From NCBI RefSeq assembly GCF_009914755.1, contig NC_060930.1: a stretch of DNA of 64,000 nt, one strand, 5' to 3'. The notes under the pieces are model-generated. The model had not been told where the DNA came from. It did no database searches and was given only the letters and a program-made list of their open reading frames with translations. Made by a program: the position numbers and the translations under genes. The DNA comes from the human T2T-CHM13v2.0 reference genome, Homo sapiens. Positions within the stretch are counted from its first letter, which is position 1, and the number at the start of each line of letters is the position of its first letter. Shown here one piece after another: positions 41,944 to 53,013 of the stretch.

Positions 41944-43370
41944 TGTGTCCGGAATTGGTGGGTTCTTGGTCTCACTGACTTCAAGAATGAAGCCGTGGAC
42001 CCTCGCAGTGTTACAGCTCTTAAGGTGGTGTGTCTGGAGTTTGTTCCTTCTGATGCTCGGATGTGTTCGGAGTTTCTTCTTTCTGGTGGGTTTGTGGTCT
42101 TGCTGGCTCAGGAGTGAAGCTGCAGACCTTCGCAGTGAGTGTTAACAGCTTTTAAGGCGACGCGTCTGGAGTTGTTCCTTCCTCCTGGCGGGCTTATAGT
42201 CCCACCGGCTCAGGAGTGAAGCTGCAGACCTTCCCGGTGAGTGTTACAGCTCATAAAGGCACTGTGGACCCAAAGAGTGAGCAGTAGCAAGATTTATTGC
42301 AAAGCGTGAAAGAACAAACCTTCCACAGAGTGTCGAAGGGGACCCGAGCGGGTTGCCACTGCTGGCTCGGGCAGCCTGCTTTTATTCTCTTATCTGGCCC
42401 CACCCACGTCCTGCTGATTGGTAGAGCCGAGTGGTCTGTTTTGACAGGGCACTGATTGGTGCGTTTATAATCCCTGAGCTAGACACAAAGGTTCTCCACA
42501 TCCCCATCAGATTAGTTAGATACAGAGTGTGGACACAAAGGTTCTCCAAGGCCCCACCAGAGCAGCTAGATACAGAGTGTGGATTGGTGCATTCACAAAC
42601 CCTGAGCTAGACACAGGGTGCTGATTGGTGTGTTTACAAACCTTGAGCTAGATACAGAGTGCCGCTTGGTGTATTTACAATCCCTGAGCTAGACATAAAG
42701 GTTCTCCAAGGCCCCACCAGACTCAGGAGCCCAGCTGGCTTCACCCAGTGGATCCCGCACGGGGGCTGCAGGTGGAGCTGCCCGCCAGTCCCACGCCATG
42801 CGCTCTCACTCCTCAGCCCTTGGGTGATCAATGGGACTGGGCGCTGTAGAGCAGGGGGCAGCGCTCCTCGGGGAGGCTCGGGCTGCACAGGAGCCCTGGG
42901 AGGCGGGGGAAGGCTCAGGCATGGCGGGCTGCAGTCCCGAGACCTGCCCCGCGGGAAGGCAGCTAAGGCCCGGCGAGAAATCGAGCGCAGCGCCGGTGGG
43001 CTGGCACTGCTGGGGGACCCAGTACACCCTCCGCAGCCGCTGGCCCGGGTGCTAAGTCCCTCATTGCCTGGGGCCGGCAGGGCCGGCTGGCTGCTCCGAG
43101 TGCGGGGCCCGCCAAGCCCACGCCCACCTGGAACTCCAGCTGGCCCGCAAGCGCCACATGCAGCCCCGGTTCCTGCTCGCGCCTCTCCCTCCCCACCTCC
43201 CTGCAAGCTGAGGGAGTGGGCTCCCGCCTTGGCCAGCCCAGAAAGGGGCTCCCACAGTGCAGCGGTGGGCTGAAGGGCTCCTCAAGTGCCGCCAAAGTGG
43301 GAGCCCAGGCAGAGGAGGCACCCAGAGTGAGCGAGGGCTCTGAGGACTGCCAGCCCGCTGTCACCTCTCA
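41944..43370 (-). mobile_element. Solo LTR12C (ERV9 LTR)
   Basis: Termini TGTGTCCGGAATTGGTGGG ... GCTGTCACCTCTCA. TSD TTGG at 41940-41943 and 43371-43374. Repeated CCAAT units and CpG-rich U3. Confidence 0.95.
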
Positions 43371-44782
43371 TTGGGAAGATCTACAAAAGTTTAGATGTAG
43401 GCTTTGTCATATTCCATCGCAATTACTTTTAAACAGTGAAGCAACTGGTTGAAAACTTTCCATTTCTAGCTTCTAAAAAATCTAGTGCTTTATTTCCCCC
43501 CTAAAACACGTCCTCTAAAACCCTGAGAAAATATTTTTAAGGACAGAGTCAGTAAAATACAAACAGGTAGAGAACAGCACAGCGAAGGCCTCTTAGTTCC
43601 TAACTCTTCTCAGCTTGTTAGTCCCGCCGTCCCCTCAGCCCCTGATCCATGAGAATGCTCTGGGCAAGTGTCAAGTGACTGTCGGTGTGAGAAAGAGGTA
43701 ACCCACAGGGTAGGATGATCAGAACCATGAGAATAGGGTTATTTCTAGCTGCTTTTGCACATCCTGTGTATTGTAGGGCATTTGCTCACATTTACTTGAA
43801 ATTAAGCGTTTAGGCTAGAAAGAGGAAGCTTTCGATCACAAAAGATTCAGCCTTTTATATGATTATCTCATGTAGTTACATATTGCTTATAAGGCGCCAG
43901 CAGTAATTCTATTCATTTTAAAGTTTGATATGTCTTATCCTCACTGTTAATTTGGCACAGAAGCCAAGGTTTAGTGCCTAATTGAAAACCTCCATACAAA
44001 GTTTAGACAATGAACTGGAAACCCTATCAGAGAATCTGAAGCCTTTTACAAATTAAGGTCAATCTTCCGTGGGATTGTTTTGCTTTTGCAAACTGGTCAA
44101 GTTCCTTTGTTTTTAATGCCCTCGCTTTTATTGTTTATTAGTTATGTGGAAAACACACGTTCAGGCGGTGTCTGCAGGCTTGGATTTTGTATAAGCCAGG
44201 AAATGAAGTCAGCAGACCTGCAGGCTCAGCAGTGATTCAACCTCTCCTTCCTGAGAGAAGCAGGCACTTCAGAGGTATTTAAAGAAAAATGCAAAGACAG
44301 TGGCAAAGAAATTGTAATAAATGTGTTTAGTAGTTTGCCATGTACTTAGAACCATTCCATTTATGTAAAACTTTGGAGGCATGAAAATCCTAGGTGGCAC
44401 AGAGCTTTTTCATATCAATAGCCATTTGAAGATTATATAACAGAAGATTTTGACAAAAAGAGATGCTAACTACTTGAGTCTTTCAAACTTTCCCTTGTTT
44501 TATAATTGAATTTTCTGGCCCACAAATAACAGGCTTGACTTCTCATTTATACCTTTAGCTAAAATGAACAGAGATGCTTTCTTGTGCTTCTACATTAAAA
44601 AACGGGCTTTTGGATTTTGCTACTATCCTTTCACTTGGACACTTGTTCTAATCAGATTTTTGTTTTTTGCTTTGCCTTAAGTTCCCTAAAAGACTGGGTC
44701 AGGTGGCACCGAAAAAAAGTGCTTATTGTTAGACTAGGGGACTAAAGAGAGCAACCAAGAGTTGTTTATGTAAATGTATACT

Positions 44783-45988
44783 TGTTTTAAAAATATTTCA
44801 TTGAGATTTAATACATATACCATAAAATTCATCCTTTAAAAGTACACAATTCAGGGGTTTTTAGTATCTTCACAAGGTTGTGCAATCATCACCACTCTGT
44901 AATTCAAGAACATTTTCATAACCCGCAAGGGGAACTCCACATCCGTTGGCAGCCACTCTCCATTCCTCCTGCACCCTGTCCCTGGCAACCACTAGCCTCC
45001 TTTCTGTCTCTATAGTTTGCCTTCATATTCCATGCACTTCACATAAGTAGAATCAAGCAATGTGTGGACCTCTTTGACTGGCTTCTCTCTCTTAGCATAA
45101 TGTTCTCAAGAGTCATCGATGCTGTGGCATGTGTCAGAATTGCATTCCTTTTTATGTTGGAATAGTATTCCATTCTATGGATATATTTTGTTTATCTACT
45201 CATTATTTGATAGACATTTGGATTTTTTTCCACTGTGGACTATTATTAGTAATGCTGCTACGAACATTCAAATCCTCGTGTCTGTGTGAATGTATCTTCT
45301 GGATATAGCTCGTAGTGGAATTGCTGGGTCATTCACTCTCTCTATGTTTGATTTTTTGAGGAATTGCAAAACTGTTTTCCAAAGTGGCTGCACCATTTTT
45401 ACATTCTCACTGCAATGCATGAGGGTTCTAATTTCTCCACATGTTTGCCAGCACACCTTGTTGTCTGCGTTTTTTGTGTTTTTTTTAAAAACCATCCTAG
45501 TGGTGGTAGAGTGGGACCTAATTGTGGTTTTGATTTGTATTTCCGTAAAGACTGATGATGTTGAGCATTTTTTCATGTGCCTATTGGCCATTTGTACGTC
45601 TTCTTTAGAGAAATGTCTATTCAGATCCTTTGCACATTTTTTTGTAAATTGCGTTATTTGCCTTTTTATCGTTGAGTTGTAAAAGCTCTTTATATATTTT
45701 GTACACTAGACCCATATCAGATAGATGATTTGCAAGTATTTTCTCCCATCCCGTGGGTTGCTTTTTCACTTTCTTGATAGCATCCTTGGCTTTTAATTTT
45801 GATGAAGTCCAGTTTGTCTATTTTTTTTTCTGTTGCTTGTGCTTTAAGTGTCATATCTAAGAAACCACTGGGCAATCTGAGGTCCTGAAGATATACACAT
45901 AGGTTTTCTTCTAAGAGTTTTACTTTTAGATTTTACATTTAGGCCTTTGATCTATTTTGAGTAACTTTTGTGTAAAACGTAAGGTAGT
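44783..45988 (-). mobile_element. L1MB-type 3' fragment
   Basis: L1MB 3' end and ORF2 C-terminal remnant (ORF 45268-45591, [12 protein letters not shown]...). Confidence 0.85.
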
Positions 45989-46635
45989 AATTTATTTTAA
46001 GTGTCCTTCACTTAAAATAAATGCTCCTTAGAATTTTTCGCATTTATAGGGAAATCAAAGATTATCCAATATTTTTAATAACGTTTGAACACCTACAGGA
46101 AGAATCCTATCATATGGTATTTCTAAGCACTTTTGAAGTTTAATGTATCATATATTTTTTAAAAAATTAGGATAATCTAGGGTTGGAAATTCAAAGAATA
46201 CTAGGAAGAAAGGCAGGAAATCAAGACTAGCCTCTTAAATCACTTTTCCCTGAATGTCATTTAAGGGCATTTAACTTTGTAACTCCACCCAAAGCAGCAC
46301 TGCCCCTAAATTTGAGTCAAATCTTGCAGTATTAAATAAGAGGAACTTGGTGATCGTAATCATCTTTGTTATTCTCTAACTTTCCTCTCTTTGTCTAAAA
46401 GAAAGCCAAGCAAAATGGACCAGAGCATCGAGCGCCGCAAAGTCAATTATTTACACTTTAAAGTGAAAATGGTAAAACGTGCCTACTTTCAAAATGTGAA
46501 GTTTTTATGACTAGTCTATATTCTATTCTACAGAGAACATACATGAAACTGCATCTTTGCTCTTATTACACTTTACAAAGTGTATCAGAAGCTTTTCCAT
46601 TTCAACTCTGCTTATGAAATATGCATATTCTAGAC

Positions 46636-46837
46636 CAACACTGTCCATTAGAATTTCCTGTGGGGATGGAATGTTCTAGTATGGTGCTGTCCAGAACAGT
46701 GGTCATTAGCCACACAGAGCCATTGAGTACTTGCTGCGTGGCTGGAACAGCTGAGGAACTAAATTTTTCATGTCATCTAATTTTAATTAAGTTAAATAAC
46801 CACATGTAGCTGGTGGCTGCTGTGGTGGACAGCACAG
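46636..46837 (+). mobile_element. MER3 (hAT-Charlie)
   Basis: CAACACTGTCCA...TGGACAGCACAG terminal inverted repeats and MER3 internal motifs. Confidence 0.85.
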
Positions 46838-49800
46838 CTTTATAGTGACTCTGTGTTATCTGGTAGCCAGTAATTTGCTTAAAACAATGACAATAACAAC
46901 AGGAACTATAGAGTAGGTAGTCTATTGAAATTATAACCTATTTTGAAAAATAGTGAAAAGTTGGGGTATAGCTCTTGGGGCAATTTGTATTGGTGAATTT
47001 AAACAGTGATGCATATGGCTAGAATCACTTCCTCTTTGTCTGCCAAAGAAAAGAATGTATGCAGACTTCTGGCTGCACACATCCTACACTCTGCCAAGCA
47101 CGGAACTAAAATTCAACAAAAGTTTAATTGCTAATAGTTTTTTTCTACCCTGTGAAAATCTTGGAAAGCACAAAATCATGGAAATGACATGCAGATAGAA
47201 ATGGAAAACATTAGCAAAATTGCCCGCGAACAAAGGCACGCATCTGACATCTAAACCAAAGTTATTAGGCATTTTACAACATGGAATAGAGCAGAGAGAG
47301 GGCATTGGTGCTCCGTTTTGAGAACTAAGCTGCCCACTTACCTGGCAAGTTAGCCTTAGTGAGTTTCTGTGTACAATACAAATAAAATAAATTATACAAT
47401 ATAATATCTAAAGACTTGGAAGATACTCTTAGATATAAGTACCTTATAGCTATAAATACCACCCTTAATCCATTAAGTAATTTTCCTTTTCTTTTATAAT
47501 GTAATTCCTGAAAAGGAAAGTATTAACGTCTCAAGACAGATGTACTAACATCTCAAGAAAACAGATGCTCTGCTCTAAGAAAAGTCCTGGCAAGACCTAG
47601 CTTCCGTCTCTAGTCCTAAGTACAGAAGTGCAAATATTACCAAATGAAAACAAACAAACGAAAGTAAATCTAATGCAAAAGGGCAAAAAAAAAAAAAAAG
47701 GAGTTAGGTCTTCTCAGGACTACATATGAGTTCCATGAAGTTTCTCTTACAGTGAATCAAAAAGCATCAAATCAAATGATGTCACATTTCCCAGTACTCT
47801 GCAACTTAGGAATTGTAGAATAACATCTTTTTAAAAAAAAAGAAAGAAAGAAGGAGAAAGAAAGAAGGAAAGAGAAATCAGATAAGCAGAAAGGTGTTAA
47901 ATGGAAACTAAAAATCTCCCTCCTGACTTCCAACCTCCATATCCACTTCATAAATAAAACATTTCTCTTTAGATCCTTCCAGGATGTTCCCTATATACAG
48001 TCTTTTATGTATAGGAGGTAATCTTTTATTCAAGAAGTGATGTAAGTTGTAAGATCTTAGAGACATGCCCTGACATTCCACCCCAGAAGCACTGGAGCCA
48101 GCCTGGACTGCTACTTGCCTTCCTTCGCATCAGCCTGCAGCCCTCCATTCTGCCTGGGGAGCGACTCAAGAACGCCTCCCTCCTCCCGGGAGAGTCATCT
48201 GCCAGGCTCAGGCCTCATCATCTCTGCTCTAAAAACGGGCATTAACCTTCAAGCTGGTCTCTAAACCCAGTGAGGTCTCTAAAACACAGGTGTGTCATTT
48301 CACTCTCGAACCATTTGAGGTCAAGACTTCACCTACAAGAGAAAAGAGCACTTGGAGGCTTCGCTGGCCTGTCCCCAGGTGCTCCCGGGGCCACCTTGCA
48401 CGTGAGCACACTGCGCCTCCACCCGGCCATTGTCCCCCCATTCATCCTGTAAACGGTATCTTTTCTGGGACCCCTCCTGTCCCTCTGGCTCCCAGCCACC
48501 ATTCCCCGGTGGGACGGAGCTCCATCTCTCTTTGCCCACAGTGACAGTTACTGCCATTGCAGGACTGGATTTAGAGAATGAGGCTTTCAGGGCAGAGCCC
48601 ATGTTTTGTTCATATTTTTATGTGTTGTGCCTTGAGCAACCAATGGCTGAAAGAAAGGGCACCAAATAGTCTCTGCCTCTGTTTATTAAATCATAAAGAG
48701 ATGCAGAGAGCCTACCTTGGGCGCTATGGAATTATATAGTTTTTTAAAAAGTGAAATCTGGACTGACTTCATTTTGTTTCCTTATGTAGAACCCTGGGGG
48801 CCCAGAAATAACATCTGGTTGGACTCCACCTAATGACACAGGGTATCAACCTCTCAACCACACAGAGACACTGCCCTGTGAAATGTCCTTCCAGCTCGGG
48901 GCTCCTGCTCACATGAGCCCTACAGACGTTTGCATTGTTCCACTATAACCAGAGTCACCCAGGGCTCACACGGCCAACAACCAGGTTCTGATTTGGAGGC
49001 AAGACCCAAAGAGAAGACACCTGGGAAGGACACAGAAAATCAAACTTCTTTCCTCAAAGCGCACATTCCTCAACAATTCTCTAAGTAAAATAAATAACAC
49101 ATTTGCAAAAATGGCCAGAAAAATCCACTCCAAAATCCTTATTTCACCTCTGTCAAATCTCCAGTTTAACAAGATAAAAAAAAAAAAAAAAAAAAAAGCA
49201 TGCAAAACAAAAAGCAAAAATGAAAAGCCCTGCTATGTCTTCAAGTCATTCAGGCTTTAGGTTGGAAGCTGGATGGCAGGATTGGGAAGTTGGGGGACTA
49301 TCTCACCTCTGCCTACACGAGAACTAACCACAGCGACATTTTGGATGAATGCTAGGTGGCCTGTGGGGCGGATGAGCCACCCTGGCCTACGCGGTGTGAT
49401 GCAGAGCTGGCTGCATGAGGGGAAGACAGGCCAGAGAGACCGGGGCACCAGAAGGCTCTGGCTGGGGTGGGCGTTGGTCTTCCCTTGGCAGGCTCATCAG
49501 CACTTAACCTCCTTGCTGCCCCACCTGAAGGTCAGTCTTTTCACCGCCCTGTCTTTTGCTGTGTTTGAAATGCTTCTTTAAAAGATTCACCTTAAAAAAT
49601 TCGTATTTCCGTGAAACTAAAATAGTGTTTAACTCTGATAATACCCTATTTAAACAATACAAAGTGTTTTTAGCCCCACCGGCAAGTACAAAGAATAAAG
49701 CATTGTGTTTTTGAAGAAAGCCTGACAAGGAAACTACAGTATTGACAAAAACTCAACATTATGGGGATTATTTTCAGTGTTGAAATGGGATGCATGTCCG

Positions 49801-50231
49801 TTATTAAATGCAACAGGCTAAATGCTAGATTTTTACTATATGAGAGAGTAAAGCCCTAAATTCTTAGGGCTTATAAAGTCCTAAAACATTGAAGGAGAAA
49901 TCCTGACACTTTCCCTCCTCCTTCCAAGCCCCATTGTTTCCTAGTGCCTGTTGTAGACATCGCCTCCAATGTTCTCCATGCGGCGTCCTAGGGCCTCCGC
50001 GCTGTGGCCTTCTCTCCTCTCCTGTGTCCAGGGCCCGCGTTGCCATGGGGTCATTATCAGCTTCCAGGGCCAGTTGCCCAACCTGGGCTATCTCTTCGTC
50101 TGTAAAAATGAGGCCTGCGTGACCTCCGGGGCCCTTCCGAACTCTATGGTCCCACGATGATGATTATTGTCATTGTATATTTTAATTAGTACTTTATTTT
50201 CCAAATAAATCTAGCTGAGAAAACAAATTTA

Positions 50232-50283
50232 GGGGCGGAAGTGAGGAAAGTTTATGCCCGTTGATTTGGGGGCGGGGTGGGGG
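50232..50283 (+). promoter_or_regulatory. Candidate TATA-less promoter motifs (ETS site plus GC box)
   Basis: GCGGAAGTG at 50235-50243 and GGGGCGGGG at 50269-50277 in AT-rich context. Motif-only evidence. Confidence 0.35.
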
Positions 50284-50399
50284 AGCAAGGAAGAGACAGA
50301 GTGAAAAATCCGAAAGACAGAATAGTGTAGAAGCAGCAACAATGTAGCATTTGGAAGTACACATTAGGAAATGGACTAACAGCCTCCACTCCCTGCAAA

Positions 50400-50763
50400 A
50401 TGCAGAGACTCCTGGCTGGGCATCCTTTTCGTAGAAATCAGTTACCAGTGAGTGTTTAAAATATAATGCATAGATAATTGATTCTTTCAACAAACTCATT
50501 TTTACCATTTCCTTATGCTGAATTATTTTTAAAAAATAGATTGCCGAAATGATCTGTGAAGCAAGGATCCCTTTGAATTTTCATTTTCTTTTCAGATTCA
50601 AATTAAAGAGCTTTTACTTATTCCTACTCCAACAGCACAAACCATGATCTTAAAATACGCACATCCGTATCTGGTCGCTTCCAACTTTGGCAGAAGAAAT
50701 AATCATTTCTTGTTCTTGTCAGTGTCATTTCTCTTGTTTACTTATTGGGGAAATGCATGTTGA
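50400..50763 (+). CDS. Hypothetical spliced 71-aa small ORF, join(50400..50447,50596..50763)
   Basis: Canonical donor GTGAGT, strong acceptor, open frame across the junction. No homology or expression evidence. Confidence 0.15.
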
Positions 50764-51954
50764 CATTATGAGTCCTCTTAGATGTTTCCACATCTGAAAT
50801 AACGTTCAACAGAAAGTTTTCCTGAAAATATGGCCAATAACTATTTTACTTCCAGAAAGGGCTTGTTTTGTATTCTTAAAGGAACTCGCTTAAACAATGA
50901 ATTTGCTATACAGGCTATATTTGAAATGTTGCTCTATATCTCATGTTAACAACTTGAACCCTATTTCTTCATATTTTTCCATATTCTCCAATAAAAGTAT
51001 AAGCTTGAAAATATATAATTTACAAATACTTAATTTTTCTTTCCACAAAACAAATTTCAGAGAAGTCCAGATCTTTGAGTTCACTTATTTTGACCAAGAT
51101 ATAGCCAAGAACAAAAAATAAAGACAAACAAGGCCCCTGACTCAAGCGCATGCAATAAACGAATTCACTATTGATAAAAGATTAGTTTGGGCTAATTAGT
51201 TTATTGTCAAAATTTCCAGATAACAGTCTATTAAGAATTAGGAAAGAGAGTTTCCTGAGTCTCTACCACTGATGAAAGGGGAAAAAAATGGCTGTCAGTG
51301 TGATGAAAAGTAAACAGACAGAAAAACTGTCAAATCTGGACATAAGAACTCAAAACCTTAGGGTGTCATTTACAATGGTGAAAAATAGCCCTGAACCCTG
51401 AAAATCGTAAAAGTAACATGTATTACAACTATCATATGATTCAAACAAGTATTTCAACTTTTTTTTTTTCTAAAGCTGAGATGCTTTTAAGACATTATTT
51501 CAGAAAGACTTCCATCAAAACTTTTCAATTTAAAAAAGATCTGACATTTCAATTGTCTGGAAAATTCACTTACGTGTGACACTAGCCTCTTTAAGAAGCC
51601 CCAGTGATTAGAAGCCTTTCACATGAAAACACTAGCTCCCTCTGAAAGCCAAATAGGAAAAAAAGTAAAATAAAAAGTCAATGTAAAGTGAAAGAACTTC
51701 TAAAAATGGGAAGATAAAATGAATGCGACTTGAAAGTGATTATCTTAACATTTGTGCCTTCTTTTCATTTTAATTCCATTCTGAAAATGGCTATTAAATA
51801 ACAGGACTGCTAGGAATAGATTTGCAATAATAGAAATTACTTTTCAAGATAATTTTGACAGGAGAAAACAAATTGCAGGGACATGTAGAAATCAATATGT
51901 ATTTTATGTGTATTTTAAAAATGCATGAAAGTACTGAATATTGCTCTTGAATAT

Positions 51955-52150
51955 ACGTATATATAATAAAAATATAAAATAAACATGTATATATAATATA
52001 TAAAAATATGTATAGATATTTATTACCTATATATTTATATATTACATATTATATATAATTTATATACAAATATATAAAACATAACATGCATATTATTTTA
52101 TATACTATATGTATATAGTATATAAAAGTATATAATATATATAAAATAAA
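51955..52150. repeat. AT-rich (TA)n low-complexity tract
   Basis: Degenerate TA repeats. Confidence 0.9.
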
Positions 52151-52995
52151 TGACCTGGAAAAGAACTACCAAATTTGCTAGCTGATAGTTACTGCTTCTG
52201 GAGAGGGAGGAAGGGCTGGGATGCTGAATCAGATCTCTGATGCTACCAAGATTATTTTCTTTACTCAAACAGAGTGGCAGCTAATGTGACAAAATTATAG
52301 TTCCTCATTCTGGGTGGCTGGAATATAGCTCTAAGTTTTATTACTTTTTTTTCTTTTTTTTTTTTTTTTTTAGTTTTTTGTTTCTTTCATAGTCCTAAAA
52401 AAATCCCCCAAGAGCTCACCAGCATGAAAGCACTAGCTCTGAATATGATATGGAGGAACAATGATTTGAAGACCTTCGAAAGGCAAGCAACTTGACACGG
52501 GGCATCTTTCTAGATCATTGTTTGGAAGAGAACCATCAGGACGATCCCAGGGGTCCTGTGAAACGCTGTTGGCCTGGGCAAGGAGGGAACTGGTGCTCAT
52601 CACTGGCCCTCTTCAGAAACAATCTGCTCCGTCCAAGTGCAATATGAGTATTTCCAGCTGACCATGGGGAAACTTGTTTTCTAGTTTATCCCAGCTACAT
52701 TATCAAGAAAATAGTCAATGGAGTCAACAAATGCAAACCTCTGGAAAACATTTCAGAGACTGGCTTGTTGCTACAACAAGAACGGTGATATCATAATCAC
52801 CATTGTGGAGCAGATGCCAGGTAGCATTGCTAACCTCTTCAGAATAATTGACATTTTTCTAACATGCAGAGTGGCCATAACAACCACTTCAGCTACACAA
52901 TAGCCTCCACCGTAACACTTCCTTAGCAACCCGCTTAACACCGTGACTTTGAAATCATCCGCTATTTTGGCAGCAGGATGAATGTTTGCTGGTCG

Positions 52996-53013
52996 TGAAC
53001 TTTTCAAAGGTCA
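52996..53013. promoter_or_regulatory. ER6 nuclear-receptor element overlapping an NBRE
   Basis: TGAACT-tttcaa-AGGTCA; AAAGGTCA at 53006-53013. Confidence 0.4.

Noticed and set aside
42634-43452. Several overlapping 70-204 aa ORFs
   Set aside because: They lie in the GC-rich LTR12C, a well-known source of spurious ORFs.
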